Shown: positions 28,345-37,596 of the stretch, in pieces
How positions within the stretch are numbered: position 1 is the first letter of the stretch
Layout of the letters: every line of letters starts with the position of its first letter
NCBI GenBank assembly: GCA_021462845.1
Contig: JAJTXU010000001.1
Location: forward strand, 1,583 to 65,582
DNA: 64,000 nucleotides
Direction: 5' to 3'
DNA from: Anaerolineales bacterium
GTDB taxonomy: Bacteria; Chloroflexota; Anaerolineae; Anaerolineales; Villigracilaceae
Position numbers and translations under genes: made by a program
The notes under the pieces: generated by a model
Told to the model about the DNA's origin: nothing
Databases searched by the model: none
What the model saw: only the letters and a program-made list of their open reading frames with translations

Positions 28345-29718
28345 ATGACCGACCCACGACAAACCGCACTCGATTATGCTCACCAGAACAATGAGCGCTT
28401 CATCGAAGAGTTAAAGGAGTTCCTCGCGATTCCCTCGATCTCGACCAGCCCCGAACACAACGCGGATACGCTCCGCTGTGCAGAATGGACTGCCGTTCAA
28501 CTGAAAGCATTGGGGATGGACAACGTGCGCGTCATGCCGACGGGTGGGCATCCCGCAGTCTACGGCGAGTCTCTCAAAGCGGGGAAGGGCGCGCCGACCG
28601 TCCTCATCTACGGTCACTACGATGTGCAACCCGTTGACCCGCTCGAACTGTGGACGACCGATCCGTTCAAAGCCGAGGTGCGCGGAGAAAATTTATTCGC
28701 GCGCGGTTCATCCGATATGAAGGGACAAGTAATCGCTTCGATGAAGGCGGTTGAATCCATTATCCGTACAGGCGGGTTGCCGGTGAATATCAAATGGCTG
28801 ATCGAGGGCGAAGAGGAGATCGGCTCGAAAAATCTTGAAGAGTTCATCAAGAAAAATAAGGATCTGCTGAAAGCCGATTTCTGCATCAACCCCGACGCGG
28901 GCATGATCGGTTCGGACTTACCCACCATCACATACGGCTTGCGCGGACTTGCATACTTCGAGATTCGCGTCTATGGCCCCAACCGCGATCTGCATTCAGG
29001 CTTGTTCGGCGGCACAATTCACAACCCCGCGCAAGCGCTCGTCGAATTGGTCGCGGGTATGCACGACAAAAAAGGACGCATCACGTTGCCGGGCTTTTAC
29101 GACAAGGTGCGTAAAGCGGGCAAAGCCGAACGCGCAGAGATCGCTCGCTTGCCGATCAAGCCGAAAGATATCGTCAACATGACCGGCGTGCCGGCGTTGT
29201 GGGGCGAAGCGGAGTACACGCCCGAAGAGCGGGTATCCATTCGCCCGACGCTGGAGGTCAATGGCTTGCTGTCAGGCTTCACCGGCGAAGGATCGAAGAC
29301 CGTCCTCCCCGCGTGGGCGATGGCAAAAATATCCTGCCGCCTTGTGCCGGATCAAACGCCGGAGATGATCGAGAAGGCGATGGTCAAATATATGAAGGCG
29401 AACGCGCCGAAGACGATCCGCTATGAGGTGAAGGTCATCACCGGCTCCGGCGCGGCGATCACCGAACGCGACAGTATGGGCGTGCAGGCAATGGCGAAGG
29501 GACTCGAACAAGCGTGGGGCAAACGTCCGCTGTTCAAACGCGAGGGCGGCTCGATCGGCGTTGTCGTCCAATTGCAGGAATATGTTGGCGTGGATTCGGT
29601 GTTGACCGGCTTCGGTCTGCCTGAAGATAACGCGCATTCGCCGAACGAGAAGTTGCACCTGCCCACGTGGCGCAAAGGCATTGATGCGTTGATCCATACG
29701 ATGTATAACCTCGAATAA
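28345..29718 (+). CDS. M20 family dipeptidase
   Basis: YGHYDVQP, ARGSSDMKG, EGEEEIGS, DLHSG, GGSI, NAHSPNE. Confidence 0.93.
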   Translation: MTDPRQTALDYAHQNNERFIEELKEFLAIPSISTSPEHNADTLRCAEWTAVQLKALGMDNVRVMPTGGHPAVYGESLKAGKGAPTVLIYGHYDVQPVDPLELWTTDPFKAEVRGENLFARGSSDMKGQVIASMKAVESIIRTGGLPVNIKWLIEGEEEIGSKNLEEFIKKNKDLLKADFCINPDAGMIGSDLPTITYGLRGLAYFEIRVYGPNRDLHSGLFGGTIHNPAQALVELVAGMHDKKGRITLPGFYDKVRKAGKAERAEIARLPIKPKDIVNMTGVPALWGEAEYTPEERVSIRPTLEVNGLLSGFTGEGSKTVLPAWAMAKISCRLVPDQTPEMIEKAMVKYMKANAPKTIRYEVKVITGSGAAITERDSMGVQAMAKGLEQAWGKRPLFKREGGSIGVVVQLQEYVGVDSVLTGFGLPEDNAHSPNEKLHLPTWRKGIDALIHTMYNLE

Positions 29719-29721
29719 ACC

Positions 29722-29790
29722 GTAGGGGCGGGGTCTCCCCGCCCCTTTGTGATTCATTCTAAGAACAGGGCAGGGGAACCCTGCCCCTAC
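29722..29790. repeat. GTAG-type REP doublet, second family
   Basis: GTAGGGGCGGGGTCTCCCCGCCC...GGGCAGGGGAACCCTGCCCCTAC. Confidence 0.8.
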
Positions 29791-29799
29791 AAGGAATTC

Positions 29800-30681
29800 A
29801 TGGAAGATAAGATCATTACCTACGGCGGACAAGCCGTTATCGAAGGCGTGATGATGCGCGGACAAAAAGCGTTCGCCATTGCCATGCGCGCGCCCGACGG
29901 CAGCATCGTCGTTCACACGGAAAGTCTCGCGGCGGTCTATCGCTCGCGCATTGCGAAGATCCCCTTTTTGCGCGGCACGATCCTGTTGTGGGACGCGCTC
30001 GGCTTGGGGATGCGCGCGTTGACCATTTCTGCGAACACACAAACGGGCGAGGAAGAAAAACTCGAAGGTCCCGCGTTGTACCTCACCCTTGGCAGTTCGC
30101 TGGCGATTGGGGTCGCGTTATTTATACTTCTTCCCGCCAGCGTGGGTGGCGCGGCTGAACATTATCTCGGCTGGCACAACCTCGCTCACAACTTGCTTGA
30201 AGGTCTGGTGCGGCTCGTCCTGCTCGTCGGCTACATTTGGGGAATCGGATTCATGCCCGATGTCAAACGCCTGTTTGGCTATCACGGCGCGGAGCATAAG
30301 ACCATCAATGCCTATGAAGCGGGTGTGGAACTCACCCCGCAGAACGTGGCGAAATTTCCGTTGGAACATCCGCGCTGTGGAACAGCGTTCATGCTGACTT
30401 TTGTTCTGTTATCCATTCTCGTGCATAGCCTGTTCGGTGACATGGAGTTTTGGTGGCGGCTTGCGAGCCGCGTTTTGTTGATCCCAGTCATCGCGGGTCT
30501 GGCGGTTGAATTTATCCGCTGGACCGCCAACAACTTGACCAATCCCTTCGTGCGTTTCATCATCAAACCGAATCTTGCTTTGCAATCCCTCACCACGCGC
30601 GAACCCGACACGTCCATGCTGGAGGTGGCAATTGAGTCGTTCAAGACGATGAGGCTGGCGGAGGAGGAAGTGATTGTGTAG
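29800..30681 (+). CDS. DUF1385 (YqhQ-like) membrane protein
   Basis: YGGQAVIEGVMMRG, FGYHGAEHKTINAYE, HPRCGT, LTTREPD. Confidence 0.93.
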   Translation: MEDKIITYGGQAVIEGVMMRGQKAFAIAMRAPDGSIVVHTESLAAVYRSRIAKIPFLRGTILLWDALGLGMRALTISANTQTGEEEKLEGPALYLTLGSSLAIGVALFILLPASVGGAAEHYLGWHNLAHNLLEGLVRLVLLVGYIWGIGFMPDVKRLFGYHGAEHKTINAYEAGVELTPQNVAKFPLEHPRCGTAFMLTFVLLSILVHSLFGDMEFWWRLASRVLLIPVIAGLAVEFIRWTANNLTNPFVRFIIKPNLALQSLTTREPDTSMLEVAIESFKTMRLAEEEVIV

Positions 30682-30696
30682 GGTGAGTGAAAAGTT

Positions 30697-30749
30697 ATCA
30701 GTGATCAGTAAACAGTAAGTGGTAAGTGGTAAGTGGTAAGTGGTAATTA
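30697..30749. repeat. Heptamer tandem repeat (GTAAGTG)x4 with degenerate flanking units
   Basis: Perfect units at 30715-30742. Confidence 0.85.
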
Positions 30750-30778
30750 GTAATTGGTGTTGCTTGAGAATCTCAACT

Positions 30779-31663
30779 ATGAAGAAAAGAAAAATCGCAA
30801 GGGTTAGCGTTGCGATCATCGTGGCGGTTGGTGTGTTCATCGCGGCGTATTTCGTTTTCGTCGGGCGGAATAGACCTGCGCCAATTCCCACCAAGGAAAC
30901 CCTCTACGACGGCGTGACGTACCAGCGCGTTGCCAGATATTTTCCCAACGCGATGATCGCGCACATCATCAAGATTGACACAAAGACGAAGGGGATTCAA
31001 TTCCTCATCACGCCCGCCGACTCGAAGAGTGAAACGCCGTTGAACGCGCGGACGACATCACAATTCCTCGATGAGTTTAGTTTGCAGATCGCCGTCAACG
31101 GCGATGGATTTACTCCATGGTGGTCGCGCGGTCCAGCGGATTATTATCCGCACGCGGGCGATCCTGTCGCGCCGCTGGGGTTCACCGCATCGAATGGCGA
31201 CGATTATTGGAAAGGTATCGAACTAGACGAAGGAGAACGCCCTGTGTTGTACATCAGCCGCCGTAACGTGTTCAGCTTCAACGACAAGCCGAACCGAGTC
31301 TACAACGCGATCTCTGGCGACAGAATGTTGGTGTTACAAGGTCAACCAGCGCCCGGACTCAACGACTCCGAACTCGATCCGCGCACGGCGATTGGATTGA
31401 ACAAAAACGGACGTTATGTGTATCTCATCGTCGTGGATGGGCGCCAGCCGTTTTATAGCGCGGGCATCACCTTTGCCGACCTTGCGCAACTGCTGATAGA
31501 TCACGGTGTTTACACTGCGATGAGTCTTGATGGGGGAGGGTCGTCCACGATGGTGGTCGAGGGTGAGAATGGCGAGCCTGTGATCCTGAATTCCCCGATT
31601 GATAATTACATCCCCGGCAGAGAACGCCCCGTTGCGAATCATATTGGGGTGTATGCGCCGTAG
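30779..31663 (+). CDS. Phosphodiester glycosidase family (NAGPA/DUF2233) protein
   Basis: AVNGDGF, DPRTAIG, VVDGRQP, AMSLDGGGSSTM. Confidence 0.9.
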   Translation: MKKRKIARVSVAIIVAVGVFIAAYFVFVGRNRPAPIPTKETLYDGVTYQRVARYFPNAMIAHIIKIDTKTKGIQFLITPADSKSETPLNARTTSQFLDEFSLQIAVNGDGFTPWWSRGPADYYPHAGDPVAPLGFTASNGDDYWKGIELDEGERPVLYISRRNVFSFNDKPNRVYNAISGDRMLVLQGQPAPGLNDSELDPRTAIGLNKNGRYVYLIVVDGRQPFYSAGITFADLAQLLIDHGVYTAMSLDGGGSSTMVVEGENGEPVILNSPIDNYIPGRERPVANHIGVYAP

Positions 31664-31688
31664 GACAAATTTAAATTTGTCCCACGCT

Positions 31689-32513
31689 TCAAAACGCAAT
31701 TTCCCCAACCTGCTCGAAGTTGACATCGAACAATTCTTCCGCTTCGGTCTCCGCTTCGGCATCACCCACATCCCCCGCGCGGACTCCACGCTCGCAGTAC
31801 GATCTGTAAGGGCAGTAAAGGCAGCGGGTGGCGTCGTCAGTTAGAGGGTAGAGAGAGGCGGAGTGAATTTCATCCGCAAGTTTGAGGAGTAGATCCCAAT
31901 CCCGTTTATATTGCGCAGACGTGTACGCGAATCGCGCGGGGTCGTTGGGGAAATCCGCGAACCAGTAGACCATCTCGATCTGTTCAGGTTCGAAGGGACG
32001 ACCGCCGTTGAGATGCGCGCCCGCATGGACGAGCAGTGCGCGATAGACGCGGGTTTGCATCCGCGCGGCAAGCCATTCGTTGCGCGGACGTTTGCGATAG
32101 GTCTTCCAATCATAGATCGTTACTTTATTTTCTTGAATCGCGATGAGATCATATTTGGCGAGCAAGCGAAAATTTCCAAGCGGCGCGGAGAGGGTGGCTT
32201 CGGGGTAGAGACCTGACAAGTTTTTAAAACCTGCCAGGTCTTTTGCATTTGAAAAATTCTCCCACCAGCGTTGCAGGTTCGGAGTGTTCGCCAGTTTGCT
32301 TACTTGCTCGTTCGGAATCCCAACCAGATATTGTTGAGCGAGACGATGAAAAAATTCCCCTTCGCGCTGATGCTGTTCGTTTTCCAGCGCAGGCTCCGAC
32401 TCGACGGCGGGATAGGCGAGCCGCTCCACATAGCGGAGTTGGAATCGCCGCGCGCAGTCCGCGTAATCTTGCAGGGATGATTGAGAGAGGGTGGTGAGTT
32501 GAAAGGCAGGCAT
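31689..32513 (-). CDS. PD-(D/E)XK nuclease (AddB/Cas4-like) with probable 4Fe-4S ligands
   Basis: SQSSLQDYADC, KYDL, IYDWKT, QTRVY, CLYCPYRSYC. Confidence 0.88.
   Translation of the reverse strand: MPAFQLTTLSQSSLQDYADCARRFQLRYVERLAYPAVESEPALENEQHQREGEFFHRLAQQYLVGIPNEQVSKLANTPNLQRWWENFSNAKDLAGFKNLSGLYPEATLSAPLGNFRLLAKYDLIAIQENKVTIYDWKTYRKRPRNEWLAARMQTRVYRALLVHAGAHLNGGRPFEPEQIEMVYWFADFPNDPARFAYTSAQYKRDWDLLLKLADEIHSASLYPLTDDATRCLYCPYRSYCERGVRAGDVGDAEAETEAEELFDVNFEQVGEIAF
32209..32241. repeat. 33-bp palindrome inside the nuclease ORF
   Basis: AGACCTGACAAGTTTT-T-AAAACCTGCCAGGTCT, 14 of 16 pairs; lies within KDLAGFKNLSGL. Confidence 0.7.
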
Positions 32514-32531
32514 GGCTCAATGATACGCCGT

Positions 32532-33794
32532 TTATGGCGGGTCGTGTTGAAAACTCCATTCGCCGCCGGCTTGTTCCGCAAATGACCGCGATCCGATCAC
32601 TTCGTAAAATGTGATGCCCGGTCGCAGGTAAATGGGCGAGCCGTCCAGCGCGGCGAAGTAGAGCGGCTGGTCTGGGTTTGTCCGGTACCATTTTGCCGGT
32701 ATCCCTATCCCATCGCGGAAAACGTACGCTTCACCGGAACCTGTGAGGTCGATCTTGAAGACTTCGTCATCTTCATCGTATTCATTGGCAAACGAGTGAT
32801 AGGCAAGCAAAACAACCACGTTTGCCGCATGAACATGCTGTGATGTAACCCGGTCCACAAGCGGAGCATAGGAGCCTTCTTTGCCGTCGCGGGTATCGGC
32901 GATTTCTTGATAGCGGTAATATTGCTGGTCTTGCGGGCTATACAGCCAGTAATGATACGAGTCGACGGAATAAAAGGTGGAGATCTTTATGCCGGCCAGC
33001 CCCGTCGCCGGGGACGTGGTATTGAACAATCCGTCGCGGATGACCTGGGGCGAGTTATCTTTTCCGCCGCGCAAGGCGCAATCTTCCATGAGGGTGGTGT
33101 TGAAGTATGAATTGTTATACGGCTCGACCGTCTGTTCGCGTTCGGTCAAAAAATGGAAGGGCGGACACGATCCGTTTGTCGGCGTGAGAAGAAGATCGGC
33201 AAATTCACTCCCTTGAAAATACCCCAGCTCGCGCGGGTCGGCAAATTTAAAAACCAGAAAGGCGTGATACATGCGTTGCACGTGCTCGTCGAAGTAACGC
33301 CCTGAGCGAACGGGTCCCACCCATTCTGAATCGTTGCCGTAAAAGACGGCGATAAAACGCGTCAAGCCGTCTTCGATGTAATATTCAAAAACCTGGTCGG
33401 CAAGCGTCAGACCGGATTGCGGGCGCATATAGCGCGGATAGTTCGCCACTTTGATCGCCATCGGGCGACGTTGCAACAACGCCGGGTCGGAGGGCGGCAA
33501 GCCGGTTAATGGGTTCAGAGTTGTGGTCACGGTGAAAACTGGCACCATCGCATCGGCAGGGATGTATTCCGGCATGATAAGGAACGGGGTCGGCGTGGAG
33601 GGAAGCGGGGTCAGCGTGGGCGGGTCGGCCGGCGTGGGAGCCGAATCAGAATTGGGGGCGGCTGAAACGGCGTTCGTCGGAAGTTGAACAGGCGTTGGGG
33701 ATGAGATTTCTTCCGCTGAGACGTTTTCTGCCGCCGCGTTGCATCCTGTAAGAAAAAGCAACGCGGAGATGACGACGATGTGTAAGAAGCGCAT
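32532..33794 (-). CDS. DUF3048 family lipoprotein
   Basis: Lipobox LTGC; NPLTGLP, RRPMAIKVAN, RPQSGL, EYYIEDGLTRFIAVF, GPVRSGR. Confidence 0.9.
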   Translation of the reverse strand: MRFLHIVVISALLFLTGCNAAAENVSAEEISSPTPVQLPTNAVSAAPNSDSAPTPADPPTLTPLPSTPTPFLIMPEYIPADAMVPVFTVTTTLNPLTGLPPSDPALLQRRPMAIKVANYPRYMRPQSGLTLADQVFEYYIEDGLTRFIAVFYGNDSEWVGPVRSGRYFDEHVQRMYHAFLVFKFADPRELGYFQGSEFADLLLTPTNGSCPPFHFLTEREQTVEPYNNSYFNTTLMEDCALRGGKDNSPQVIRDGLFNTTSPATGLAGIKISTFYSVDSYHYWLYSPQDQQYYRYQEIADTRDGKEGSYAPLVDRVTSQHVHAANVVVLLAYHSFANEYDEDDEVFKIDLTGSGEAYVFRDGIGIPAKWYRTNPDQPLYFAALDGSPIYLRPGITFYEVIGSRSFAEQAGGEWSFQHDPP

Positions 33795-34001
33795 GGCGGG
33801 ATTCTACAACAAATGGGTGATGATGCAAATCCTGCTCGTTTCAATTTCCTATCAAAGAGAGCGAGTGGCGAAACTTGCGCGTTACAGTTCTCTTTGTCAC
33901 AGAGACCATTAAGAACATAGAGGGAATCTCAAAATCGCGGCGCGAACGGCGCCGCTTCACAAAGGAGTCACGCGGGGCAAACCTGATAAAATTACCGCTA
34001 C

Positions 34002-35561
34002 ATGTTTATTCTCATCACAGTTGGCATCCTTCTCATTACCGCGCTGCTTGTGTTGAGCGCGCGGGTCTTTCTGCCCGCCGCCGGCTACACTTGGTTGATT
34101 GCCGTTGTTGGCGCGTTTCTGGCGTGGGCAAGCGTGTTCGCATGGATCAACAAGACAGATCGTTTGCAGTTCTTGATCTGGCAACCCGTTTCGTTGTTTT
34201 CACAATCGCCAACCTTTGTCATCGACCCTATCGCTTGGGCGTTTGCATTAAGCATGCTCACGCTCACGTTATCGGTGATTATCACATCGGTGGTCAGGAG
34301 TAACTTTCCCAGCGCGTTGAGTTGGGTTGGCGCGCTCGTACTTTCCTCGTTAGGCGCGCTTGCCGCTGTCGCTGATAACCCGGTCACTCTGGCGTTGATC
34401 TGGGCGGCGATCGATCTCGTCGATCTCATCGTTCAACTACGCTTTGTCGAGGAACCAACACTGGGAGAACGAGTCGTGATTTCGTTCGCATCGCGCGTTA
34501 CAGGCACCATGGTTTTGCTCTGGGCAAATGTGGCGAGCGCGGCCCAAGGAACTACGTTGGATTTCCACGCTTTGACCTCCCAAGCCTCTTTATTCCTCCC
34601 GCTTGCCGCGGCATTGCGGATCGGCGTTCTACCTTTGCATCTGCCATATCCCGGCAGATCCGCATTACGCCGAGGCTTTGGCACGGTACTGCGGATGATC
34701 TCCGCCGGCTCCAGCCTCATTTTACTGGCGCGCATTCCCGCCGGCAGTATCGTCTCGCCTCTCACCCCCTACATGCTGATGCTCATCGCCTTCGCCGCGT
34801 TATACGGCGGGTGGATGTGGTTGCGCGCCCCGGATGAACTAACAGGGCGGCCGTTCTGGTTGATCGGTGTTGGCTCGCTGGCAGTTGCCGCCGCCTTGCG
34901 CGCAAATCTCATCGGCGCGGCGGCGTGGAGTTGCGCGCTCATCCTATGCGGCGGCGTTTTATTTTTATCTTCGGAGCCGAACAAATGGCTCACCCGCTCG
35001 CTATGGGTCGCCGTATTCGGAATTTCCGCGCTCCCATTTTCACTGACCGCCAGCGGATGGTCCGGCGGAACCGGCTTCTTCCTGGCATGGCTTCCGCTTC
35101 TGCTTGCGCAAGCCATGCTGGTTTCCGGGTTTATCCGACACATTCTTCGCCCGCCCGCATCGCGCGAATATTACGAAGATCAACCGCTTTGGGGGAAAAA
35201 CATCTACCCTGTCGGAATTATGTTGCTGTTGGCGATGATCGTCTTCTTAGGATGGTTCGGCTGGAACGGCTCGTTTCAATTCGGCAACGTGATCGCGGGA
35301 CTTGCCGCCTCTGCCCTCACTTTCGGCTTGACCTGGTTCGCTCCGCGGATTCGCATCCTCAACCCGGTCCGCGCCCACTGGGTGCGCCCCGCCAACCTGA
35401 CGTGGCTCGATTGGCTATATCAATCCGTGTGGAATATATATCGTCAATTAGGCAGGTTGAGCAACATCTTCTCGAACATCCTCGAAGGCGACAGTGGAAT
35501 TATGTGGACACTACTCTTCCTCGCCTTGTTCATCTCCTTCTTCACTCAAAGGATCCCTTGA
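34002..35561 (+). CDS. Multi-pass membrane protein, degenerate NuoL/MrpA-like antiporter subunit
   Basis: About 14 TM helices; LRIGVLPLHLPYP resembles the KxGxxPxHxWxP segment. Confidence 0.7.
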   Translation: MFILITVGILLITALLVLSARVFLPAAGYTWLIAVVGAFLAWASVFAWINKTDRLQFLIWQPVSLFSQSPTFVIDPIAWAFALSMLTLTLSVIITSVVRSNFPSALSWVGALVLSSLGALAAVADNPVTLALIWAAIDLVDLIVQLRFVEEPTLGERVVISFASRVTGTMVLLWANVASAAQGTTLDFHALTSQASLFLPLAAALRIGVLPLHLPYPGRSALRRGFGTVLRMISAGSSLILLARIPAGSIVSPLTPYMLMLIAFAALYGGWMWLRAPDELTGRPFWLIGVGSLAVAAALRANLIGAAAWSCALILCGGVLFLSSEPNKWLTRSLWVAVFGISALPFSLTASGWSGGTGFFLAWLPLLLAQAMLVSGFIRHILRPPASREYYEDQPLWGKNIYPVGIMLLLAMIVFLGWFGWNGSFQFGNVIAGLAASALTFGLTWFAPRIRILNPVRAHWVRPANLTWLDWLYQSVWNIYRQLGRLSNIFSNILEGDSGIMWTLLFLALFISFFTQRIP

Positions 35562-35562
35562 G

Positions 35563-36156
35563 ATGAATATCCTTGTCTGGGTCGCGGTCATCATTGTTCT
35601 CATCACATCGGTAGGGTTGCTCATCGCGCGAGATTGGCGAATCGGCATCATTTTCCTTGCCGCGCAATATCTCGCTATGTTCATCCTGCTCCTTCCCCAT
35701 TTGCCGCTTGGCATGGCTTCCGTCAAAGTAGTGACAGGGTGGATGTCCTCCGCCATCCTCGGCATGACGCGGTCTGACTTGCGAGAAGATGATACGGAGG
35801 AAAATCTCTGGCCCCGGGGAAGGCTGTTCAGTCTGTTTGCCGCAGGGATGGTTGTCTTGATCGTAGCAGGCGCAACACCCGCTGTAAACAACATCATGGC
35901 AGACGCCGGCATGGCAGTCACCGCAGGCGGATTGTTGCTGGTTGGCTCGGGTTTGCTCCACCTTGGAATTACCTCGCAAATCCTGCGCGTAACACAGGGT
36001 TTACTTACCGTCATTGCCGGCTTTGAAATCATCTACTCCTCTGTCGAATCCTCCGCCCTGGTGGTTGCACTACTGGTCACCATCAACCTTGGGCTTGCGC
36101 TGGTCGGCTCGTATCTAATGCTCGCTTCGCAACACCGCGAACCGGAGACTCCGTGA
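35563..36156 (+). CDS. Small multi-pass membrane protein
   Basis: About 6 TM helices; 1-nt gap to the upstream gene and overlap with the downstream gene. Confidence 0.75.
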   Translation: MNILVWVAVIIVLITSVGLLIARDWRIGIIFLAAQYLAMFILLLPHLPLGMASVKVVTGWMSSAILGMTRSDLREDDTEENLWPRGRLFSLFAAGMVVLIVAGATPAVNNIMADAGMAVTAGGLLLVGSGLLHLGITSQILRVTQGLLTVIAGFEIIYSSVESSALVVALLVTINLGLALVGSYLMLASQHREPETP

Positions 36157-37556
36157 CCACGAACGCCCCCGCGCTATGGATACTCGCGCCATTTGGGTTT
36201 GGCGTCCTGCTTCTGTTCATCCGCAATGCGCGCGCCGTTAGCCTGCTCGGAGGAACGCTTGCCCTGCTCCTCGCGCTTACCGCGCAGTTCATTCCCATCG
36301 AAACAGCGTTGCGGTTTGGAGAATTATCCGTAAAAATCGATTCATCCATATCCATACTCGGACGCGTCCTCTTGATCTCGCCTGCCGAAGGTTCGCTGCT
36401 CGCGTTGATCTACGCCGGCTCGTCGCTCTGGTTTTTTGGGTCGTTGGCGGCTGAACGCTCAACGCGCGTGGTCCCTATCGGACTCATGATTACCGCCTTA
36501 ATGGTCGCCGCGCTGGCGGTACAACCATTCTTATACGCGGCATTATTTATTGAAATGGCAATTCTCATCTCGATACCAATGCTCTCCTCTTTATATACGA
36601 CACCCGGCAAAGGCATCGTTCGGTTTTTGATCTATCAAACCCTTGCCATGCCGTTCATTTTGCTCGCAGGGTGGTTACTTGCCGGCGTAGAAGCCAGCCC
36701 CGGCGACCTCGCTCTCGCGGCGCAATCCGCTTCCGTGCTGGGATTGGGCTTCGCCTTCCTGCTCGCGATCTTTCCCCTGTACAACTGGATTCCCATGCTC
36801 ATGGAGGAGTCGCCTCCCTTTACAGTTGGCTTCCTGTTATGGATTCTACCCACCATCACAATCATCTTCGGCGCGGGGTTCCTCGACCGCTATTCGTGGA
36901 TACGCTCCTCGCCACAACTCATTTCAGCGCTCCAATCCGCCGGCTTGTTGATGGTAACCACAGGCGGGCTATGGGCGGCTTTTCAACGTCACTTCGGGCG
37001 CATCATGGCATATGCGTCCGTGGCAGAAACCGGGTTCTCTATCCTGGCGCTCAGCGTTGATTCGCGGCTTGGCATTCCGATCTTGTTTTTGTTGATACCC
37101 GCGCGCGCGTTAACGCTCGCTTTGTGGTCGCTCGCGCTGACCATCATCAAGGAGAACGCCGAAACGCTGCGCTTCTCATCCGCGCGCGGTATGTTACGGA
37201 ACACACCTTTTGCCGCAACGGGGATCATCCTCGCCACGTTATCCACGGGGGCATTCCCCCTCCTGGCAAGTTTCCCGCCGCGGCTGGCGCTTTGGGAAAA
37301 TATTTCGCGCGCGTCCTCCACGTCTGCCATCTGGATGGGTATTGGCATTGCCGGTTTTTTGGTGAGCGCCGTGCGTTCGCTGGCTGTCTTGGCAATGGCA
37401 GACGAATTCGCCAGTTGGAAACCGCGCGAAAATCTTCCACAGATGATCATGCTTGGACTGGGGATGATCGGGCTTTTCATCCTGGGGTTGTTCCCGCAGA
37501 CCGCGCAAATTTTCCTCGCGCAACTCCCGTTGATGTTCGAACATCTGGGTCGTTAG
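36153..37556 (+). CDS. Proton-conducting transporter membrane subunit (NuoN/MrpD-like, degenerate)
   Basis: LFIEM (TM5 Glu position), AIFPLYNWIP, AFQRHFGRIMAYASVAETG, GAFPLLASFPPR. Confidence 0.75.
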   Translation: MTTNAPALWILAPFGFGVLLLFIRNARAVSLLGGTLALLLALTAQFIPIETALRFGELSVKIDSSISILGRVLLISPAEGSLLALIYAGSSLWFFGSLAAERSTRVVPIGLMITALMVAALAVQPFLYAALFIEMAILISIPMLSSLYTTPGKGIVRFLIYQTLAMPFILLAGWLLAGVEASPGDLALAAQSASVLGLGFAFLLAIFPLYNWIPMLMEESPPFTVGFLLWILPTITIIFGAGFLDRYSWIRSSPQLISALQSAGLLMVTTGGLWAAFQRHFGRIMAYASVAETGFSILALSVDSRLGIPILFLLIPARALTLALWSLALTIIKENAETLRFSSARGMLRNTPFAATGIILATLSTGAFPLLASFPPRLALWENISRASSTSAIWMGIGIAGFLVSAVRSLAVLAMADEFASWKPRENLPQMIMLGLGMIGLFILGLFPQTAQIFLAQLPLMFEHLGR

Positions 37557-37596
37557 GATGGCTACGGTATAATCCTGCCTGATTTTGGAGGAAGTC

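Noticed and set aside
31689-32513. Cas4-like nuclease as a sign of a CRISPR locus
   Set aside because: No repeat-spacer array or other cas genes in the window; the short repeats are palindromes or simple tandem heptamers without spacers
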